Below are positions 20,265 to 25,958 of a DNA stretch of 25,958 nt, piece after piece. Under the pieces are notes generated by a model. It worked only from the letters and a program-made list of their open reading frames with translations, was not told where the DNA came from and ran no database searches. Source of the DNA: Methanobacterium sp. (lineage in GTDB: Archaea; Methanobacteriota; Methanobacteria; Methanobacteriales; Methanobacteriaceae); contig PMWA01000092.1 in the NCBI GenBank assembly GCA_003166335.1, positions 27,951 through 53,908 of the forward strand, in the 5' to 3' direction. How positions within the stretch are numbered: position 1 is the first letter of the stretch; every line of letters begins with the position of its first letter. The translations under genes were made by a program, and so were the position numbers.

Positions 20265-21193
20265 TAATAAACTTTAACCGCTTCCTTCACATCATCATAA
20301 AGTCCTAGAGCAGCTAATGCTCCGATTTCACCCCGGGCCCCAGTAACTTCCACTAATTGAACTCCCACATCATCTGCTGTTCTTTGTGCTTCCTCCAATG
20401 TTATCATAGATTTTTTAGCATTTTCTGAATATGATCTGAGTTTTACGGGGATTCCAATACCTTCAAGAACTGCTATTGATGTTTTATCTGATAAAGTGTA
20501 GTTTTTAAGTAGTTCATACGTTTTTTTAACTAACATTTCTTTTTCGCCTGGCTTAACCGCGAATACTAATGCTATAGCTACACAATTCTGGGTTTTATTA
20601 GGATTATGAGGATAAAGCTGCACTGTTACATGATCTAAATAATCAAAACCCATTTCATTGAGTTCCATGCCTACATTATTAGCTAAAGTCCAAGTAGCTC
20701 CTTCATCCTTAGTATCCGTATCATCTATCCCTATAACGACTTTTTCCATACGTGGAGTGATTACTCCAGCTCTGCCCACTTTGGATCCTCCCCCCACTTC
20801 ATAAAGTTCCACTCTCTTAACCCCTTCAGCCATGCCCCTACACATAGCTGCACCTACACCAGCGCCGGCTAATCCCGAATGAACCACTCGCACTTCATCT
20901 CCATCAACCGAGACTTCTTCAATTCCTGCTGCGTTGAAACTAGGTTTAAGTTTAACATCACTTTTTCCTACTTTGAGTAGATATGTATGTTTATCTCCAT
21001 CTCGTCTTGAACTTAAAACCAGATTACTGCTCTTTTTATACTGATAAATCATCCATTCTGACCCTCCAATACAAGGATGGTATTCAACCAGCTCCACCAT
21101 GTCATCATCGACCATAGTTAATATTTTTTTGTACGGGGCTATCCATGGACTTTTAAATTTATTTTTTAAATCATGAGGATTCAATATTTCCAT
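20261..21193 (-). CDS. mmp11: Methanogenesis marker protein 11 (contains a TiaS-like GIDDTD domain)
   Basis: WIAPY, GLAGAGVGAAMCRG, VIGIDDTD...GATW, VQLYPHNPNKTQNC and IGALAALG motifs; AAGGAG RBS. Confidence 0.85.
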   Translation of the reverse strand: MEILNPHDLKNKFKSPWIAPYKKILTMVDDDMVELVEYHPCIGGSEWMIYQYKKSSNLVLSSRRDGDKHTYLLKVGKSDVKLKPSFNAAGIEEVSVDGDEVRVVHSGLAGAGVGAAMCRGMAEGVKRVELYEVGGGSKVGRAGVITPRMEKVVIGIDDTDTKDEGATWTLANNVGMELNEMGFDYLDHVTVQLYPHNPNKTQNCVAIALVFAVKPGEKEMLVKKTYELLKNYTLSDKTSIAVLEGIGIPVKLRSYSENAKKSMITLEEAQRTADDVGVQLVEVTGARGEIGALAALGLYDDVKEAVKVYY

Positions 21194-21276
21194 AAAAATA
21201 TCTCCTTAATGTTTAATTTGCCCATTATTATTCAATTTTAGGTTATTATTAGGACTAATAAACCCTTTTTCTTAAT

Positions 21277-21291
21277 ATTATAAACTTTTTT
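21277..21291 (-). promoter_or_regulatory. Candidate BRE-TATA promoter of mmp11
   Basis: Minus strand reads AAAAAAG-TTTATAAT about 85 nt upstream of the mmp11 ATG. Confidence 0.5.
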
Positions 21292-21445
21292 TAATTCGTG
21301 AGAATTTCCTCACCAATACTCATCTAATTTTTTTCAATTTTATTTTACTACAAAATGATGGAAAAAAAAAATTATTTAAAAAAAATTTAAACTGTGAAAC
21401 ACTCCGTTTTCTTCATACGATTGCGTATAAATAATTTGTTTCCAT

Positions 21446-21476
21446 AATAAAAAAAGAAATAATAAAAAAAATAAAA
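21446..21476 (-). terminator. Oligo-T terminator candidate after ribH
   Basis: Minus strand immediately after the stop reads TTTTATTTTTTTTATTATTTCTTTTTTT. Confidence 0.45.
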
Positions 21477-21477
21477 C

Positions 21478-21888
21478 TTAATTCAACCTTTCATACATCT
21501 TAACGGCAGCTTCCACCGCCCTTTTAGCATAATCCACCCTTTGATGAGCTTCCAAACGAGTCATACCAGGCCCAGAAATACCCAATGCTACTGGTTTATC
21601 ATATTCCAATGCTAAATCAGCTATTTTACGGGATGCATGTTGTACTACTATTTCATCATGAGAGGTTGATCCTTCAATTACTGCCCCTAAAGTTATCACA
21701 GCATCTATTTGATCATTTTTCAGGAGTTTTTTTATTGCTAGAGGCATGTCAAACACGCCAGGTACAGTTATAACTTCAGTTATTTCAGATTCCAGGAATT
21801 TAGCATGCTCGCGCGCAAGTTCCAGCATCATCTGAGTTATATCATAATTAAATTCTGAAACTACCGCCCCTATTCTAACTTTTACCAT
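21478..21888 (-). CDS. ribH: 6,7-dimethyl-8-ribityllumazine synthase
   Basis: [26 protein letters not shown] and KPVALG motifs. Start at ATG 21888 or 21891, after GGAGG. Confidence 0.95.
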   Translation of the reverse strand: MVKVRIGAVVSEFNYDITQMMLELAREHAKFLESEITEVITVPGVFDMPLAIKKLLKNDQIDAVITLGAVIEGSTSHDEIVVQHASRKIADLALEYDKPVALGISGPGMTRLEAHQRVDYAKRAVEAAVKMYERLN

Positions 21889-22067
21889 CATATTCCCTCC
21901 TTTTAGCTTAAAAAACAGATTGAAATTATACAATTCTTCAATATGCGATTATTAAACTTCAAATTATTATGTTTATAATTATATAAACGCAGTAATAATT
22001 GCAACTGAACTGAAAACCATTATAAGAATTATAAATATGGCAATTATCTGTGCTCTAGTCATTTTTT

Positions 22068-23267
22068 TTAATCTCCCAAGAATTTAGAAATTTCTTCTAA
22101 AGTCTCTACTAATATTTTAATCTCTTCATCAGTATTATAATAATGGATGGATGCTCTTACTGTTCCTCCTAAGTCATAAGCGCCAATTTGTTTTATGGCT
22201 GGTATTGCGCAGTGAAATCCGCTTCTAACACATATTCTTTGCTGTTCATCCAATATTTTTGCCACATCATGTGGATTAACACCACTTATATTAAACCCTA
22301 CCATATCATAAATATTTTCTGGACTACCATAAACAATGATGTTTTTTATATTCTCAATTTCACTGAACATCATCTTTGTAAGTTTTTTGCCATGCTTTTC
22401 AATTTTTTCAATTCCAATTTTGTTTAAATAATCTATAGCTGCCCCTAAACCTATCACTCCTGCTATATTCTGTGTACCACCCTCAAAACGAGCGGGGATT
22501 TTCGACAATTTAAAATCATCTTCAGTAACTTGCACTACTGTTCCTCCCCCTAGATTCTGGGGTTGTAAATCACTTATAACTTGCTGACTACAGTAAAGAA
22601 ACCCTGTTCCCACAGGGCCTAGTAAGCCTTTATGCCCGGGACAAGCAACGAAGTGAGCATTAATTTTTTTCACATCTATTGCCATATGACCTGCAGATAG
22701 AGCAGCATCCACCATGTATAACAAATCATTTTCCTCTGCTATCTTACCTATTTCTTCTACGGGCTGAATAGCTCCTATAGAATTGGACACGTGAGTGATT
22801 GTTAAGAGTCTAACAGTTTCATCAATAGCTTCTGCTAAATCAGCGGGATCTACAACTCCATATTGATCTGCCTTAACTATTTTCACGTTAATACCCTTTT
22901 TTTTAAGATTAAGCCAGGGTATTAAATTGGAATGGTGTTCTATATTGGGAACTATTATTGAATCTCCTTTTTTAAAGTTAAACCCATTAGCAACCATGTT
23001 TATGGCTTCAGTTGTGTTTTTAGTGAATATCACTTCATCTTCACTGCAATTTATGAATTTAGCTAACTTTCCTCTTGTTTTTTCAAATTCTGATGTAGCT
23101 TTAACTGCAGTTCGGTAAGCTCCCCTACCCGTGTTGGAATTGAATCGATAGAAATAATTACACATAGCATCCACTACTGGTTTTGGAGTTGGTGTAGTGC
23201 TGGCAGCGTCTAAATATATTACTTCTTTAAGGAAGGGAATATCTGCTCTTACATCGTCTGTTTTCAT
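22068..23267 (-). CDS. Cysteine desulfurase, SufS-like (class V PLP enzyme)
   Basis: IYLDAASTT, FTKNTTEAIN, EHHSN..PW, PGHKG (PLP Lys), FEGGT and RSGFHCA (catalytic Cys). Confidence 0.93.
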   Translation of the reverse strand: MKTDDVRADIPFLKEVIYLDAASTTPTPKPVVDAMCNYFYRFNSNTGRGAYRTAVKATSEFEKTRGKLAKFINCSEDEVIFTKNTTEAINMVANGFNFKKGDSIIVPNIEHHSNLIPWLNLKKKGINVKIVKADQYGVVDPADLAEAIDETVRLLTITHVSNSIGAIQPVEEIGKIAEENDLLYMVDAALSAGHMAIDVKKINAHFVACPGHKGLLGPVGTGFLYCSQQVISDLQPQNLGGGTVVQVTEDDFKLSKIPARFEGGTQNIAGVIGLGAAIDYLNKIGIEKIEKHGKKLTKMMFSEIENIKNIIVYGSPENIYDMVGFNISGVNPHDVAKILDEQQRICVRSGFHCAIPAIKQIGAYDLGGTVRASIHYYNTDEEIKILVETLEEISKFLGD

Positions 23268-23315
23268 ATGTTAGGCCCTCAATAAACTTTATGAATTATT
23301 TTTTTTATTAATAAA

Positions 23316-24317
23316 TTAATTATCAATTAAATTTTCTTCCAGTTTTCTACGAACTTCACGAGCCATTTCCATGGTGGAAGATTCCCCGTTCAAATCTCTA
23401 GTGACCACTTTTCCTTCACTTAAAACTTTAATCAGTGCATTTTCTAGTTTACGTGCTTCTTCATGTTCTTCCAGATAATCCAGCATCATCACCGCAGATA
23501 AAATCATGGCAGAAGGATTTGCAGTCCCTTTACCAGCATGACCAGGTGCAGAACCATGTACTGGCTCAAATAATCCTATTTCTTCCCCAATATTAGCTGA
23601 TGGAATTAATCCTAACCCTCCCACTAATCCTGCTCCTTCATCAGATAGTATATCTCCAAAGAGATTGGTGGTTACTATAACATCAAACATCTCAGGTTTA
23701 GTGATAAAAAACATTGCAGTAGCATCAACATAACGATCATCCAGCTCCATATCCGGATAATCCTGTGCAACTTTATAAAAAATTTCTTTAAATAAACCAT
23801 CAGTTTTTTTTAATACATTGGCCTTATGTACTGCTGTAACTTTTTTTCTATTGGTCTTTTTAGCGTATTCAAAAGCAAATTTGCAAATCCTTTCGGAAGC
23901 TTTTTTGGATACAACCCGCAACGCAGTGGCTCCTTCTTCAATGTATTCTTCCAAACCAATATAGAGTCCTTCCGTGTTCTCTCTTACAATTACAAAATCA
24001 AGATTATCAAAGATAGAATTTGTGCCGGGATAAGATTTAACTGGCCTGAGATTAACGTAAAGATCTAGTTCCTGCCTTAATCTCACAATTACATCAGCAG
24101 CAGATTCTCCTGCCGCGCCAAATAAGCATGCTTGAGAATCCTTTACTATATCTATAGTTTCCTGAGGTAATGCCACCCCTGTTTTCTCTGCATACTCATC
24201 ACCAGCATCAGCAAATTTATAATTAAACCTAACATCTAAAACTTCTAGGATATGCAAAGTAGCTTCCATAACTTCTTTTCCAATCCCATCTCCAGGTATA
24301 ACAGTTATTTTATACAT
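23316..24317 (-). CDS. leuB: 3-isopropylmalate (3-methylmalate) dehydrogenase, archaeal LeuB/isohomocitrate dehydrogenase family
   Basis: IPGDGIG.EV, VRENTEGLY, VHKANV, NLFGDILSD and FEPVHGSAP motifs; lies downstream of leuC and leuD. Confidence 0.85.
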   Translation of the reverse strand: MYKITVIPGDGIGKEVMEATLHILEVLDVRFNYKFADAGDEYAEKTGVALPQETIDIVKDSQACLFGAAGESAADVIVRLRQELDLYVNLRPVKSYPGTNSIFDNLDFVIVRENTEGLYIGLEEYIEEGATALRVVSKKASERICKFAFEYAKKTNRKKVTAVHKANVLKKTDGLFKEIFYKVAQDYPDMELDDRYVDATAMFFITKPEMFDVIVTTNLFGDILSDEGAGLVGGLGLIPSANIGEEIGLFEPVHGSAPGHAGKGTANPSAMILSAVMMLDYLEEHEEARKLENALIKVLSEGKVVTRDLNGESSTMEMAREVRRKLEENLIDN

Positions 24318-24418
24318 AAAAACTCTCCATTTTCTCTTTAATTAAGTTTGAAATTTAATTCTTCAAAATTTATATTCAATTGTTTTTATTTAATGTAATT
24401 TTATTTAGATTAACTCAA

Positions 24419-24922
24419 TTAATCTTTTTCAAGTTTTTCCTTGAGATAAGGAATTAAACCGCCTTTATTAAGAATGTCTAACATGAATTCTGGAAGGTTT
24501 TTAACCTCAAATTCTTCTCCAGTATTAAGATCTTTTAAGACCCCTCTTTCAATACTTATCTCAATCTCATCTCCTTGGGAGACTTTTTTTGAAATATTTT
24601 TTGATTCTAGAAGAGGAAGACCAACATTTATAGCATTACGATAAAAAATTCTAGCAAAAGATTCAGCAATTACTGCAGATACTCCAGCACCTTTAATAGC
24701 TATGGGTGCATGTTCTCTGGAAGATCCACAGCCAAAATTTTTTCCAGCCAAAATAATGTCTCCTTTTTGGACTTTATGTGAGAAATCAGAGCCTAATCCC
24801 TCCATAACATGCCCTGCTAGCTCTTTTTCATCCGTTAAAACCAGGTACCTGCCAGGAATTATTATATCGGTGTCTATATCATCTCCAAATTTCCAAACTC
24901 TTCCTTTAATTTTTTTCTCCAT
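24419..24922 (-). CDS. leuD: 3-isopropylmalate dehydratase small subunit (LeuD/HacB family)
   Basis: [28 protein letters not shown] and [12 protein letters not shown] motifs; YLVL loop is IPMI-type. Start 24922 or 24937. Confidence 0.88.
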   Translation of the reverse strand: MEKKIKGRVWKFGDDIDTDIIIPGRYLVLTDEKELAGHVMEGLGSDFSHKVQKGDIILAGKNFGCGSSREHAPIAIKGAGVSAVIAESFARIFYRNAINVGLPLLESKNISKKVSQGDEIEISIERGVLKDLNTGEEFEVKNLPEFMLDILNKGGLIPYLKEKLEKD

Positions 24923-24984
24923 TGCAAAAACACCCATAAATTAAAATTTTTTGATATGTAAAATATTTGTAAATTTAAAAAAAT

Positions 24985-25958
24985 TTATTTATCTCGAGGA
25001 TCGATTAAACTTCCTTTGATAGCAGTTGCAGCAGCTACCGCTGCGGAGCTCAAATATACTTCTGCTTCCGGACTTCCCTGCCTACCTCTGAAATTACGGT
25101 TAGAAGTAGATAAACTAACTTCACCAGCCCCCAATAGTCCTACGTGCCCTCCCAAGCAGGGACCGCAGCAGGGATTGCAGATTAATGCTCCGCTATCTAC
25201 AAATATTTTAAGGAGCCCTTCATCCATAGCCTTCGTATAAATCTCCCGAGAAGCTGGTATAACAAGCATTCGTACATTTTTTGCTATATGATGGCCTTTA
25301 ATAATTTGAGCAGCAGTTCTAAGATCCTCCAATCGACCGTTAGTACATGATCCTAGGAAAACCTGATCAACATGTGTTCCTTCAACTTCAGAAATGGATT
25401 TAACATTATCCACATGATGAGGACATGCAACTTGTGGTTCCAGATTATTCACATCGATTTGCATGGTTTGCAAGGATTTTGCATCATCATCTGTTTTCAT
25501 GATTTCATATTTTTTATTGGAACGTCCTTCTAAATATTTTATAGTTTTATGGTCAGGTTCCACTAAGCCAGTTTTCCCCCCCATCTCTATAGCCATATTA
25601 CAGAGCACCATTCTTTCAGATATAGACATTCCTTTAGTTGTTTCTCCTGCAAATTCACAAGCCTTATACGTAGCTCCATCAGCTCCTATTTTTCCGATTA
25701 TGTTTAATATAACATCTTTAGCAGATACATAATCATTTAATGATCCTTCAATTTGGAATTTTATGGTTTCAGGGACTTTGAACCATAATTTACCCGTAGC
25801 AAAAACCATTGCCATATCAGTAGAGCCAATACCTGTGGCAAATGCACCTAATGCTCCGTGGGTACAAGTGTGAGAATCAGTTCCAACTACCACTTCTCCG
25901 GGGAGAATATGTCCTTTTTCGGGGAGAACTTGATGACACACTCCTTCATTAATGTCGT
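24985..25958 (-). CDS. leuC: 3-isopropylmalate dehydratase large subunit (LeuC/HacA family); 5' part beyond window
   Basis: Frame open to the window edge (DINEGVCHQ). DSHTCT, GSCTNGR, CCGPCLG and [12 protein letters not shown] aconitase-family motifs. The GTG start in the ORF track is internal. Confidence 0.88.
   Translation of the reverse strand, partial: DINEGVCHQVLPEKGHILPGEVVVGTDSHTCTHGALGAFATGIGSTDMAMVFATGKLWFKVPETIKFQIEGSLNDYVSAKDVILNIIGKIGADGATYKACEFAGETTKGMSISERMVLCNMAIEMGGKTGLVEPDHKTIKYLEGRSNKKYEIMKTDDDAKSLQTMQIDVNNLEPQVACPHHVDNVKSISEVEGTHVDQVFLGSCTNGRLEDLRTAAQIIKGHHIAKNVRMLVIPASREIYTKAMDEGLLKIFVDSGALICNPCCGPCLGGHVGLLGAGEVSLSTSNRNFRGRQGSPEAEVYLSSAAVAAATAIKGSLIDPRDK

Noticed and set aside
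24985..25958. Apparently short (318 aa) LeuC suggesting truncation
   Set aside because: The frame stays open to the window edge; this is a window artefact, not a pseudogene.

Overview
AT-rich archaeal chromosomal segment, most likely from a Methanobacteriaceae methanogen (Methanobacterium-like). The basis is gene content (methanogenesis marker protein 11, CfbA, tandem PurE, exosome Csl4) and GGAGG/GGTGA ribosome-binding sites. It is a densely coded core-genome region of 28 genes, two of them cut by the window edges. (i) Minus-strand information-processing cluster: hpt, dph2, csl4, rpoL, DUF99, Nudix, tfs, an unknown membrane protein, PCNA and GINS. (ii) Plus-strand translation cluster: srp54, pus10, rpl21e, rpoF, DUF655, ksgA/rsmA and a HemK2-like methyltransferase. 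(iii) A tightly coupled DUF35-cfbA-thiL-radical SAM unit. (iv) ubiD-like and double purE genes. (v) A multidomain membrane glycosyltransferase. (vi) Minus-strand leuC-leuD-leuB, cysteine desulfurase, ribH and mmp11. I found no mobile element, CRISPR array, tRNA/rRNA, defence system or pseudogene, and no clearly new multi-gene system. The most interesting items are the GpgS-like glycosyltransferase with a sequon-rich exterior domain carrying a duplicated GD-box (possible double-psi barrel), an orphan DUF35 near a UbiD (possible scattered archaeal mevalonate pathway parts), a double PurE with a degenerate second site, and two candidate operators. Family calls come from motif recognition only; no searches were run.
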